Translations under genes and position numbers: made by a program
Virus record (IMG/VR): IMGVR_UViG_3300049027_000047
Location: 4,559-68,558 of that record
Source of the DNA: a virus
Direction: 5' to 3' (one strand)
DNA length: 64,000 nt
The notes under the pieces: model-generated
Seen by the model: only the letters and a program-made list of their open reading frames with translations
What the model was told of the DNA's origin: nothing
Databases searched by the model: none
Shown: positions 8,457 to 17,112 of the stretch, piece by piece
Layout of the letters: every line of letters begins with the position of its first letter
Position numbering within the stretch: position 1 is the first letter of the stretch

Positions 8457-8495
8457 TATCTACCCTCCCTGCATAGATTAGTCAACAATAATCTA
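8457..8495 (-). promoter_or_regulatory. leftward promoter TTGACT-17-TAGATA with operator TAGATT-N10-AATCTA (8474-8495)
   Basis: perfect 6-bp inverted repeat around -35. Confidence 0.6.
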
Positions 8496-8759
8496 CTCAG
8501 TCCCTTCACTTTCTTCCCTCTTGCCCTCTAGAGGCTGGAGAGCTAAGCTAGTGGGTATGAGTCTAGGACTAGGAGAGCAAAGAGACAAGCCATGAGCTCC
8601 ATCATCGAAGAGCTAGCTAGAAAGGCCCCGCCAGGGAAAATCCTGCGTCTCGCAATCCCCAGAGAGTCCCGATCCATCCCATGCAACCGCCTGCGAGAGA
8701 AGGAAGAGCCTCACTACAGGCGCGCGCTCAACGCAACCCACCCCATCAATCCCTGATCC

Positions 8760-9323
8760 ATGCCAGCCCCAGTCCTCTCAAAAGCAGAATGGGAAGAAGT
8801 CAAAGCCGCCTCCATAGCAGGCATCCCAGACAGAAAAATAGCCAAAGAATGGGGAATCGGCGTGGCTGCTATCAAACAGCAGAGACGTAGAGGTGCATGG
8901 CCCACGAAAAACAAGGCCCTTATAGAACAGCAGAAGGCCATGCAAGCCCTGAAGGACAAGGGAAGCCCGCTCATTCAATCATTGCATGGAGCAGAAGAAT
9001 TGTCACCGGATGTAACTGGGAGCCCAAAAGCACTAGATCTGGTATCAAAAAGCCTGGGAGAATACGCTGACGGGATGGCGTTGGCCCTTGTCCCCAAGCT
9101 GTCCTCCCTCGCAGAGGGCGTGGTGACAAAGAATCCAGCGCTCTTCGCCCCCGCCGACCTCAAGGAACTAGGCCAATCAGTTGCCTTGGTCTGGAAGCTA
9201 ACAGGGAGAGACAAGCCCCAAACAGAGGTGAATGTCTCCCTCTGGTCAACGCAACTCTCTCAAACTGAGAGAGATGTCACGCCTTCGCACGCAGAGGATG
9301 TGACGGATGAGTTGCTGGGTTGA
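8760..9323 (+). CDS. terS: putative terminase small subunit
   Basis: N-terminal HTH (WEEVKAASIAGIPDRKIAKEWGI...RRGAW), helical middle, first gene of the late arm. Confidence 0.6.
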   Translation: MPAPVLSKAEWEEVKAASIAGIPDRKIAKEWGIGVAAIKQQRRRGAWPTKNKALIEQQKAMQALKDKGSPLIQSLHGAEELSPDVTGSPKALDLVSKSLGEYADGMALALVPKLSSLAEGVVTKNPALFAPADLKELGQSVALVWKLTGRDKPQTEVNVSLWSTQLSQTERDVTPSHAEDVTDELLG

Positions 9324-10077
9324 GGCTGTCTCAACTGTGGAGAATCGGTCATACCTGCAAGATCGGTCACAAGGTGCGTTCATACTGAGGCAGTTACGTG
9401 AAGTTGTCCTTGCCATTATTCTTTATTGCCTCCACCTTTGCACTAGCACATCTTGTAAAGATGCAGGGAAACAGGAAGAGCAAAGCCCTCAAGGTGAGCA
9501 GGTTAGGGAGCCGTGGGTTAGTTGAGACAAACTTAACGAAGGAGTGAGTAGCTAGCACGCAAGCAAGAGCCATCGAAGGCAAGGGGAGGACCCGGCGGGT
9601 GGGTGGAGAGGGGGCGGATGGTGAGGCCCGGCGTTGTAGCGTAGGCCTCCATCCAAGTTTTTCCCTCTTTTGCCTCTCCGTGACACCCCCCCTCATTTTC
9701 CTGGATTTCCCAAATCAGTTCTATTTCTATTCTGCATCCTAATTTTTTTGGTCCATCCTTGAGTCCGTGACATGGTTGGTAGCTGTTGCAGGATTTTCGA
9801 TGAGTGCGTAGATGGGTAATTCTTGCAACACCTTGTGGAGCGATTACAGTGGTAGATGCCTGTATGCGTTGTCTGCCAGAAGGAGTTTAGAGCCAGGAGA
9901 AAGGATGCTCAGAGTTGCTCTCCCAAGTGCCGGACCATGCGGCATAGGGAAGCGAAGGGGTCTTGGTATGTGAAGACTGGGAAGAGGAGAGGGAGACCAA
10001 GGAAGGCTTAATAGTGTTTCTGTTTCTATTTAACCTTTTCTACTTGCATTCTTTTCATTTCACACTAGAATCCGTTT

Positions 10078-11061
10078 ATGGGAACGTTTGTAGATCTGGC
10101 AGGGAGGACATTTGGACGCTGGACTGTGCTTGAGTGCAGTGGCAGGGTTTCCAAGAAGTCCGGGTCCTCAGTTGGGCAGTCTACCTGGAAGTGTCAGTGC
10201 TCCTGTGGCAGGGTGAAGGAAAAGGTTCTGTACGCCTCCTTGACCAAAGGAGGCAGTCAGTCCTGTGGGTGCCTCAGAAAAGAGACTTGGGTTGCCAAGA
10301 AAAAGCATGGCCTATCCAAGAGCACTGAGATGGTAATCTATCAGAGCATGAAGACCCGGTGCCTGAATGAGCAGCATGCGAGCTTTAAGCGGTACGGAGC
10401 AAGGGGTATCACCGTTTGCGAACGATGGCAGGGAGAGGGTGGGTTTGAACGGTTCTACTCGGACATGGGGGAACGGCCTTCCTTGAATCACACGCTGGAG
10501 CGAAAGGATAACAACGGCCCCTACTCACCTGAGAACTGTATCTGGGCTACTCGCAGGGAACAAAACAGGAACAAGGCAAGTAATGTCTGGGTTGGGTGGA
10601 ACGGAAAGGAGATGATCCTGAGCGATGTATGCGAATTGGAGGGAGTGGACAAGGCCACCGTCAGCTATGGCATAAGGCAGCTTGGAATGCAGGCATGGGA
10701 CGCGGTTAAGCGGGCCAGAGACCTAGGTACCACGCCAAAGTCCACCGCAAGACCTTTAACAGGCCAGAGAGTGCGCAATGGCGTGACGTGGGATGATGTG
10801 GACTGGTCAAAGTCCAACATCGAGATCGCCGCCATAAAAGGTGTCACCACTCAATCTGTCGGGAATCAACGAAAACTCCGATCTCCTGACCTGAAAGGAA
10901 CTCCCCGACAAAAAGGCACCGTTCAGAAACCCAACCAGGAATCTGACCCTTTCGAAGGCATCGACTGGGGTCGATGCTCTATTGATCTGGTGGTGGATGC
11001 CACCGGAAAATCCAGAGACGAGGTAGTTCGAGCACGAAAGAAGGCTCTGGGATTGAAGTAG
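10078..11061 (+). CDS. HNH homing endonuclease with C-terminal HTH extensions
   Basis: GRTFGRWTV, CQCSCG, SCGC, RYGARGITVCERW, TLERKDNNGPYSPENCIWAT. Confidence 0.85.
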   Translation: MGTFVDLAGRTFGRWTVLECSGRVSKKSGSSVGQSTWKCQCSCGRVKEKVLYASLTKGGSQSCGCLRKETWVAKKKHGLSKSTEMVIYQSMKTRCLNEQHASFKRYGARGITVCERWQGEGGFERFYSDMGERPSLNHTLERKDNNGPYSPENCIWATRREQNRNKASNVWVGWNGKEMILSDVCELEGVDKATVSYGIRQLGMQAWDAVKRARDLGTTPKSTARPLTGQRVRNGVTWDDVDWSKSNIEIAAIKGVTTQSVGNQRKLRSPDLKGTPRQKGTVQKPNQESDPFEGIDWGRCSIDLVVDATGKSRDEVVRARKKALGLK

Positions 11062-11127
11062 CACCCCTCCATGAAGTCCAGGCAGTCCGTAAATCCCTGC
11101 TGGAGATCGGTAGAATCTAAACCCACT

Positions 11128-11364
11128 ATGAAAAGACGATCCTTCTTCTCGCAACTGGCCATCGCAGTCACCTCTGCGGTCTTCGCCTCCTCTGTGGAGG
11201 TCTTTGGAGTCAAACCTCAGCCTGTCTTCTTCAACTTCTTCTTCGCGGACTTCGGCGACTGGCCCAAATCTGGGAACTGGTTTGCCGGAATGGTGGAGGG
11301 ACCTTCTCCCATCGTGAGGCCAGAAAGAGTTGTTGAATACCTTGAGAGGGCGCTGAAGCCGTGA
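11128..11364 (+). CDS. small protein with twin-arginine-like N-terminus
   Basis: MKRRSFFSQLAIAV. Confidence 0.45.
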   Translation: MKRRSFFSQLAIAVTSAVFASSVEVFGVKPQPVFFNFFFADFGDWPKSGNWFAGMVEGPSPIVRPERVVEYLERALKP

Positions 11365-11409
11365 ATCTACCAATAGAACCCCGAACCCCAACCCGCACAA
11401 CACACCACT

Positions 11410-11637
11410 ATGAACTACACCATTGAAGACAATGTACCCCTCCCCGCTTGCCGTCAGGGCCTTAAAGGAGGATACTCTGGCACCGTCAGGAGCCTGAAAC
11501 CCGGACAGAGTTTCTTCTGCGGCGATAATCCAAGAAGCTCAATTCAGAGCCAGACATGGGCGATCGCTAAGAAAACAGGGGCCAAGTTCTCTGTCTGCAA
11601 AGAGGAAGAGGGGTTCCGGGTCTTCCGAATCAGTTAA
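11410..11637 (+). CDS. small putative DNA-binding protein
   Basis: IEDNVPLP...LKPGQSFF...GFRVFRI, a common phage family. Confidence 0.6.
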   Translation: MNYTIEDNVPLPACRQGLKGGYSGTVRSLKPGQSFFCGDNPRSSIQSQTWAIAKKTGAKFSVCKEEEGFRVFRIS

Positions 11638-11664
11638 ACCGAAATCCAAGATCACCGACAAACC

Positions 11665-11817
11665 ATGAAATTCACCGAACGATTCAAATGGACATTCCAC
11701 AACCTTGTTGCCCACCCACTCAGTGAGGTGGCTTGGCTTTTTGGAATGACAAAGCTTTCCAACTGGATTCACGATGCTTCTATTCCAAAGCACAACCCAG
11801 GAGAGGGGCGTGGTTAG
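11665..11817 (+). CDS. small conserved phage protein (50 aa, not in ORF track)
   Basis: MKFTERFKWTFHNLVAHPLSEVAWLFGMTKLSNWIHDASIPKHNPGEGRG. Confidence 0.55.
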   Translation: MKFTERFKWTFHNLVAHPLSEVAWLFGMTKLSNWIHDASIPKHNPGEGRG

Positions 11818-11858
11818 CATGATTTCAGTTTTTAATCCTTAACCCAGCACCCAAGACC

Positions 11859-12134
11859 ATGTTTGAAATTGGAGAAAAGGCAGTATGCATCGACGATTCG
11901 CCAGGATCTGTGCCAAGCACATCCTGTGTGGAGAAGGGGAAAATCTACGTCGTTCGATCCTTCGAGGCAGAAACCGCTCTGCACTGGGCGGTCAGCCAGC
12001 TTGTTGGAATCGAGGGCGACTGGTTCGTTCACCGCTTCCGTAAGCTCTCTGACATCCAGCAGGAAAACAGGGAGAAGCGAAGGAAGAAGGGCCTTTTAGG
12101 GCGCGTTGGACCACGAGGTTTCTCGGTAGAGTAA
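11859..12134 (+). CDS. hypothetical protein
   Basis: FEIGEKAVCIDD...FRKL pattern of SH3-like phage proteins. Confidence 0.55.
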   Translation: MFEIGEKAVCIDDSPGSVPSTSCVEKGKIYVVRSFEAETALHWAVSQLVGIEGDWFVHRFRKLSDIQQENREKRRKKGLLGRVGPRGFSVE

Positions 12135-12142
12135 GACTAAAA

Positions 12143-12156
12143 TCTGTCACAACAGA
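12143..12156. repeat. dispersed palindrome copy 5 TCTGTCACAACAGA
   Basis: 6 nt upstream of ATG 12163. Confidence 0.9.
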
Positions 12157-12162
12157 AAACCT

Positions 12163-12420
12163 ATGACACAAGAACAACGAGAAGAGATTGAAGAACTTAT
12201 CGGAATGATTGTTGCAGGCCAAGGGACGAGTCAGGCCCTTTATGCAGAGGATTTGCTTTCACTGGCCAGCTTCGCCCGTCAGCAACTCAACCTGCGGGTG
12301 GATGGGGAGAAGCTGAGGCAGGAAATTTGGAAGAGATTCACGGCCAACATCAAGCCCAAGCACAACGCTGAACTTGAAGCCCTCGTCATGGAATGCCTCA
12401 CTACGGAGGAGAAGTTTTAA
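12163..12420 (+). CDS. hypothetical protein
   Basis: coupled ORF. Confidence 0.55.
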   Translation: MTQEQREEIEELIGMIVAGQGTSQALYAEDLLSLASFARQQLNLRVDGEKLRQEIWKRFTANIKPKHNAELEALVMECLTTEEKF

Positions 12421-12671
12421 TGGACTCGTTTGCCATCTTTAATCATCCATTCGACCTTCGAGGCATGAAACCCGGAGATAAATTCCGTGGGTGCAGGGTT
12501 CGTAAAATCCAGATTCATCCTGACTGCGCTTACCCATCTTGTGATGGATGGAACATCTACGATTTCACACAAGAAGATTCGGATATGATGGAGTTTGATC
12601 CAAGTTATGGGCGAGGGCACCCTGATTTGGAGAAGATTGGCTACGACCAGAAAGCGGAGGAGAAGGAATGA
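12420..12671 (+). CDS. hypothetical protein
   Basis: TAATG-coupled start MDSFAIF. Confidence 0.5.
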   Translation: MDSFAIFNHPFDLRGMKPGDKFRGCRVRKIQIHPDCAYPSCDGWNIYDFTQEDSDMMEFDPSYGRGHPDLEKIGYDQKAEEKE

Positions 12672-12949
12672 GCGAAGAACTTGAACCATACAAATACTCG
12701 CCTCCTGCTATGGAGGAAAGCTGGGGCTACAGATTTGCCATTGAATCCAGCCGATTCATCTACTTCAACGGCAGATATCCCAAGGAGGCATTCGTCTCCA
12801 ACAAACTGATTGAAAGTATGAAGAAGGACCTTGCCAGATTTGAGATAATTAAGGACTCCAGTCTTCCTCTGATGCCAGACGGCTCATACGGAACCTACAA
12901 TGACATCACCATCTACTCAACCTCCAAACCCGGCATCACTTTCGCATGA
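12668..12949 (+). CDS. hypothetical protein
   Basis: ATGA overlap. Confidence 0.5.
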   Translation: MSEELEPYKYSPPAMEESWGYRFAIESSRFIYFNGRYPKEAFVSNKLIESMKKDLARFEIIKDSSLPLMPDGSYGTYNDITIYSTSKPGITFA

Positions 12950-13097
12950 GCGAGAAAGAACAGATCGACAGGTTCTCCAAAGAACTGGTGGCCCTCATCA
13001 ACCGCTATCGGGCTGAATATGAACTCACCCTGGCCTCCGCAGTAGGAGTTCTGGAGGTGGTGAAACATGAACTCATCCACGAACAAATCACTGAAGA

Positions 13098-13346
13098 ATG
13101 AGCGAAGATCAAGAAACAAAACGACTGCTGGACCTGTTGGACAGGACTCTGGAAGAACTTCACCGGGAAGGAATGGAGCACATCCAGATCCTCGCCTGCT
13201 GGAATGAGCAGGGAGAATCTAGATCCCTCTTTCGCGGGACTGGGAACTTCTACGCCAGATTCGGAACGGCTCATGAGTTCCTGGATTTTCAGAGGGCAAG
13301 GTCTCACCACGAGACCAAAAGAAGGGAATACTCAGACGAACCATGA
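13098..13346 (+). CDS. hypothetical protein
   Basis: GTGNFYARFG motif; coupled ORF. Confidence 0.55.
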   Translation: MSEDQETKRLLDLLDRTLEELHREGMEHIQILACWNEQGESRSLFRGTGNFYARFGTAHEFLDFQRARSHHETKRREYSDEP

Positions 13347-13624
13347 ACACCATCACCTCCGCCTTCCAAGAAGACGCCCAGCATGTCATCGGCCCTGACA
13401 ACCATCGCTGGTACAAGTACGTGGTCTCCTACAGAGACAAGAGAGGCATCGAGTACAACTTCGACATCTACGCCACCTCTGACAAGGACGCGCTAGAACG
13501 TCTGGACAGAATCCAGCAAGGAAACCTCGAAGCATTCCAGTGCTACGCCACCATCCCTGTCACTCCATTGAGCAAGGTATGGGTGCCGCTTTTGGTCTGG
13601 TGGAAGAGCCTGTTCAAGTCTTGA
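13343..13624 (+). CDS. hypothetical protein
   Basis: ATGA overlap. Confidence 0.55.
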   Translation: MNTITSAFQEDAQHVIGPDNHRWYKYVVSYRDKRGIEYNFDIYATSDKDALERLDRIQQGNLEAFQCYATIPVTPLSKVWVPLLVWWKSLFKS

Positions 13625-13658
13625 TTTAGCACTCCAAACGGTTCACATTGCCAGCAAC

Positions 13659-14057
13659 ATGAAAAACCTCGTCATACTCTATCGGGCCTCCCAGTTCATC
13701 GTCCACAGATTCCACAACATCACCAAAGGACCGTCGTTCTTCCAAGACCACGAGTTCTTCGGAGACCTCTACCCAGCATACGAGACTGCCTACGACCAGA
13801 TTGTAGAGAGAATGATGGGGCTGGATCAGAAACTGGACCTCAACGCCATCAACACCGAAGCCGCCAAAACGGCCTCAGCATTCACCGACTCCTCCCCAGA
13901 GAGCATGTTCCGGCAGCTCCTGAAGATCGAGAAGACCTTGCAGGAAAATCTCACCAAAGAGATCCCCAAAGCCACCCAAGGCACTGCCAACCTGCTGGCC
14001 CAACTGGCAGATGACTCAGAATCCAGGGTGTACAAGATCAAGCAACGGCAGGCTTGA
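13659..14057 (+). CDS. dps: Dps-like ferritin-family protein
   Basis: HxxHNxxKGxxFFxxHExFxxLY...DxIxER ferroxidase pattern. Confidence 0.75.
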   Translation: MKNLVILYRASQFIVHRFHNITKGPSFFQDHEFFGDLYPAYETAYDQIVERMMGLDQKLDLNAINTEAAKTASAFTDSSPESMFRQLLKIEKTLQENLTKEIPKATQGTANLLAQLADDSESRVYKIKQRQA

Positions 14058-14081
14058 CCGGAACAATAGCTTTGCTAATAT
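14054..14081 (+). promoter_or_regulatory. promoter with TAGCTTTGCTA operator (14067-14077) heading MTase/GT cluster 1
   Basis: TTGACC-16-TAATAT. Confidence 0.7.
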
Positions 14082-14094
14082 CAGGTCCTGTAAA

Positions 14095-14108
14095 TCTGTT
14101 GCAACAGA
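14095..14108. repeat. dispersed palindrome copy 6 TCTGTTGCAACAGA
   Basis: 6 nt upstream of ATG 14115. Confidence 0.9.
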
Positions 14109-14114
14109 AAACGC

Positions 14115-14618
14115 ATGAGTGAAACCGCTGCCGCCAGACATATTCTGGCCCCTTACTGCAAAGGACTTGGACTGGACCTCGGTTTCGGAGGGGACAAGGT
14201 TGTGCCAGAAGCCCTATCCTTCGACCTTCACCAGAAATACACGCACGTAGGGGGTGACGCCCAGATCCTGCAAGGGGACTGTCGAAACCTGTCATTCATC
14301 TGCGATGGGGTGTTGGACTACTGCTACTCCAGCCACCTTTTGGAGGACCTGTGGTTCCATGAGTTGAAGCAGACGCTGGCGGAGTGGAGACGGGTCCTGA
14401 AACCGGGAGGACTGCTTATCACCCTCTGCCCAGACCAGCAGGTGTACTCTTTTCACTGTCAGAGGACAGGCCAACCCTACAATGAAGCACACAAAGAGCC
14501 CACGTTCTCCCTGTCCACATTCACAGAGGTAGCTCGCTCGGTCGGCAACTGGGAGACGGTTCTGGAGATCCCTCTGTTCAACACCTACTCGTTTGTCAGC
14601 ATCCTTCGCAAGGCATGA
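14115..14618 (+). CDS. SAM-dependent methyltransferase (Methyltransf_11-like)
   Basis: GLDLGFGG, YSSHLLED, WRRVLKPGG. Confidence 0.85.
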   Translation: MSETAAARHILAPYCKGLGLDLGFGGDKVVPEALSFDLHQKYTHVGGDAQILQGDCRNLSFICDGVLDYCYSSHLLEDLWFHELKQTLAEWRRVLKPGGLLITLCPDQQVYSFHCQRTGQPYNEAHKEPTFSLSTFTEVARSVGNWETVLEIPLFNTYSFVSILRKA

Positions 14619-14697
14619 AGTTCTTCATCATCAGCCCTGATGCCCACGGGAGGGTGGATGGATGGAACCAATTCTGAAACACCTTGACCTTCTATGA
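14615..14697 (+). pseudogene. collapsed gene remnant (head and tail only)
   Basis: ATGA-coupled head MKFFIISPDAHGRVDG and out-of-frame ATGA-coupled tail WMEPILKHLDLL joined at GGATGGATGG. Confidence 0.45.
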
Positions 14698-15308
14698 GCA
14701 ACATCACCAAGATTTCATGGCTGGAACCTTCTTCAATCCTCGACTGCGGGGCATGGCTTGGTCACTGGGCCATGGAGGCGCATCGCGTCTGGCCTTATGC
14801 ATCCATCCACTGTGTTGAGGGCAATCCGGCCTGTGAGGAGGCGCTGAAACTCACGGGGTTCCCTTATCAGATCGCCATGCTGGGAGAATATCACACCTCC
14901 AAGACCTACTACAAACAGGAAGGGACGGACATCGGGACCGGAAATGGACTGTATCGGGAGAATTCCCAGTGGTTTGAGAGATGCACGAGCGAGGAAGTGG
15001 ACATTGTGCCTCTGGAATCCTTGTTCCCGCCAGACGCCCAGTTCGACCTGATCAAGCTCGACCTGCAAGGGGCAGAGATTGACGCCATGATGGGAGGACG
15101 AGACATTATTAAGAGGGCAAAAGCCCTGCTGATTGAGACATCAGTATCCAACTACAACCAAGGAGCACCCATGCAAGATCAAGTCATTGGATTTTGCAGG
15201 GCCATTGGTTTCCCATACTATCAAGCCATTGAAAACATCCATCATCCCGCGAACCCATCCCTCCTGATTCAGCAGGATCTGTTGTTTACGCCCACATTTA
15301 TAGGTTAA
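14694..15308 (+). CDS. FkbM-family methyltransferase
   Basis: ILDCGAWLG, HCVEGNP, LIKLDLQGAE. Confidence 0.85.
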   Translation: MSNITKISWLEPSSILDCGAWLGHWAMEAHRVWPYASIHCVEGNPACEEALKLTGFPYQIAMLGEYHTSKTYYKQEGTDIGTGNGLYRENSQWFERCTSEEVDIVPLESLFPPDAQFDLIKLDLQGAEIDAMMGGRDIIKRAKALLIETSVSNYNQGAPMQDQVIGFCRAIGFPYYQAIENIHHPANPSLLIQQDLLFTPTFIG

Positions 15309-15316
15309 AGCAACAC

Positions 15317-16039
15317 ATGAAACATTCTCACGGCTTCAACCCATCACCTGCCCACCCAGAGTACGAAATCTGCGAAGGGTGCGGGTCTCTCCACCGCATT
15401 AAAGATGTCGCGCCTGCATCCATCTACCAAACAGGGTACTGGAACCGGAAGGGATTCTCAAACCTACAGGAACAGGTTTTCAACGTCTCCCAGTTCAAGT
15501 CACACAAGGGGCTCGCCAAGGTGGAAGCGGTCATGCAGTACGCTGGAAAAGGCTCCCATGCTCTTGAGCTTGCCTGCGCCCCAGGATCGCTCTTGAAGGC
15601 ACTGAGAGGGCATTACGACCATGTTGTAGGAGTGGAAGTTGATCCGTCTTACCGGCAGCCCATGCTGGACATCATCCAAGGCGATGCAGCGATGGTGTTC
15701 GGTACGTTCCCGGAGGTCTCCAAGGCATGGCCCAGCGAGTCCTTTGACTTCATCTGTGGTTTAGACCTGTTCGAACACATCGACGACGGAGAGGCGTTCA
15801 TGGCTGAGATCCTCCGGCTTCTCAAACCTGATGGAACTGTGGTGCTCATGTCTCCGTTCCAGACCAAGGAAGAACCATTGGATGAAGGCCAGTTCTGTGG
15901 AGAGCATGTCTGGCTCTATTCTGAATCCTTCATCAAGGAGTGGTTTGGAGAGATGTTCAAATCTGTCGTGACAGATAAATGGATTCACAACCACAACATC
16001 GTTGTCGGAAAGGGGAAGAAGACCAAGAAAGAAAAATAG
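15317..16039 (+). CDS. class I SAM methyltransferase (Methyltransf_23-like) with N-terminal CxxC
   Basis: CEGCG, ALELACAPG, DLFEHI, RLLKPDG, HVWLYS. Confidence 0.85.
   Translation: MKHSHGFNPSPAHPEYEICEGCGSLHRIKDVAPASIYQTGYWNRKGFSNLQEQVFNVSQFKSHKGLAKVEAVMQYAGKGSHALELACAPGSLLKALRGHYDHVVGVEVDPSYRQPMLDIIQGDAAMVFGTFPEVSKAWPSESFDFICGLDLFEHIDDGEAFMAEILRLLKPDGTVVLMSPFQTKEEPLDEGQFCGEHVWLYSESFIKEWFGEMFKSVVTDKWIHNHNIVVGKGKKTKKEK
15962..15975. repeat. dispersed palindrome copy 7 TCTGTCGTGACAGA
   Basis: inside CDS. Confidence 0.9.
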
Positions 16040-16040
16040 C

Positions 16041-17072
16041 ATGCTTACCAGCTCGACATTTGGGGATTGCGGAGATGGTGTGTACGTGGGGTGCATTCTC
16101 CACGAATTGGGAGGCAAACACCGATTCTTGTTTGAGCGATGCACTGCCACCAAAGGCGTCACCAACCTGCGTCCTCTCATGCCTCTGATGCAATCCCAGC
16201 CCTACATTGAGGAGTGCCGCAACGCGACAGCTGGCGATGTCATCCAATGGCAGTCAGGCAAATTCAGGGATATTGGGGCACACTCTCCAACGCTTACGCT
16301 GATTGCAGCCCACCTGAAGCACTACAACCAATTCTTCCGCACCTCTCACAGGTTCACCGGAGATCGCCCGTGGATCTACGCTGACAAATCTCCAAAGTCT
16401 GATGGCAAAATAATCATCAACAGGACTTTCAGGTACAGGAATCCCAACTTCCAGTGGAAGCAGGTGGTGGATTTCTACGGAGACAAGATTCTCTTCATCG
16501 GAGCACCCAACGAGCATGAAGATTTCTGCAATCAGTTTGGATTCGTGGAATACAAGCCCACCAAAGACCTCCTAGAAGCCGCCCAACTGATTGCTGGGTC
16601 TCTCCTGTTCATTGGGAACCAGAGCGTCTGCGGGGCGATAGCTCAAGGGCTGCATCATCCGATCATCACAGAAGTGGCGATGCACATCCCTGACTGCATT
16701 TTCAAGAGGGACAACGCCCAATACTGCTATAACGGGGAAGTGACGCTCCCCGGCTTCGACAAGCCGGACCTTAAGATCCCGGCAGTCAAGATCACCCCTG
16801 GTCGCCCCAGCACTGTCACCACGCCTCCTGGACAATGGCAGTACGGCCCCTACAAGAGCTATTCCGCGGCTGATCTGGTCAACACCGTGAGACGTGCGGA
16901 CTCCTCAGAAGACACTCCAGACCTTCTGGATCGCATTCTCCAGTTTAATGTCATGCGCTGCCCTGACTTCTTCATCGACCAAGGAGCCATCACCGGGTAC
17001 AAGCGGGTGGAACAGGCCAGACTCAACGCTGGATATCCGCCAAGAGATTTTCGGGCCATAATCGGCATGTAG
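16041..17072 (+). CDS. GT9-like (heptosyltransferase-fold) glycosyltransferase with C-terminal TPPGxWxY domain
   Basis: N-terminal GDCGD; DLLEAAQLIAGSLLFIGNQS...AIAQGL is a GT9 pattern. Confidence 0.7.
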   Translation: MLTSSTFGDCGDGVYVGCILHELGGKHRFLFERCTATKGVTNLRPLMPLMQSQPYIEECRNATAGDVIQWQSGKFRDIGAHSPTLTLIAAHLKHYNQFFRTSHRFTGDRPWIYADKSPKSDGKIIINRTFRYRNPNFQWKQVVDFYGDKILFIGAPNEHEDFCNQFGFVEYKPTKDLLEAAQLIAGSLLFIGNQSVCGAIAQGLHHPIITEVAMHIPDCIFKRDNAQYCYNGEVTLPGFDKPDLKIPAVKITPGRPSTVTTPPGQWQYGPYKSYSAADLVNTVRRADSSEDTPDLLDRILQFNVMRCPDFFIDQGAITGYKRVEQARLNAGYPPRDFRAIIGM

Positions 17073-17112
17073 GACTTGCAAATTAAAAGCTTACCTAGTA
17101 TTCTCAACTCCA

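Noticed and set aside
14115-16039. Cluster 1 methyltransferases as DNA methylases or a restriction-modification system
   Set aside because: They lack DPPY/NPPF/PC catalytic motifs and match small-molecule or sugar methyltransferase patterns
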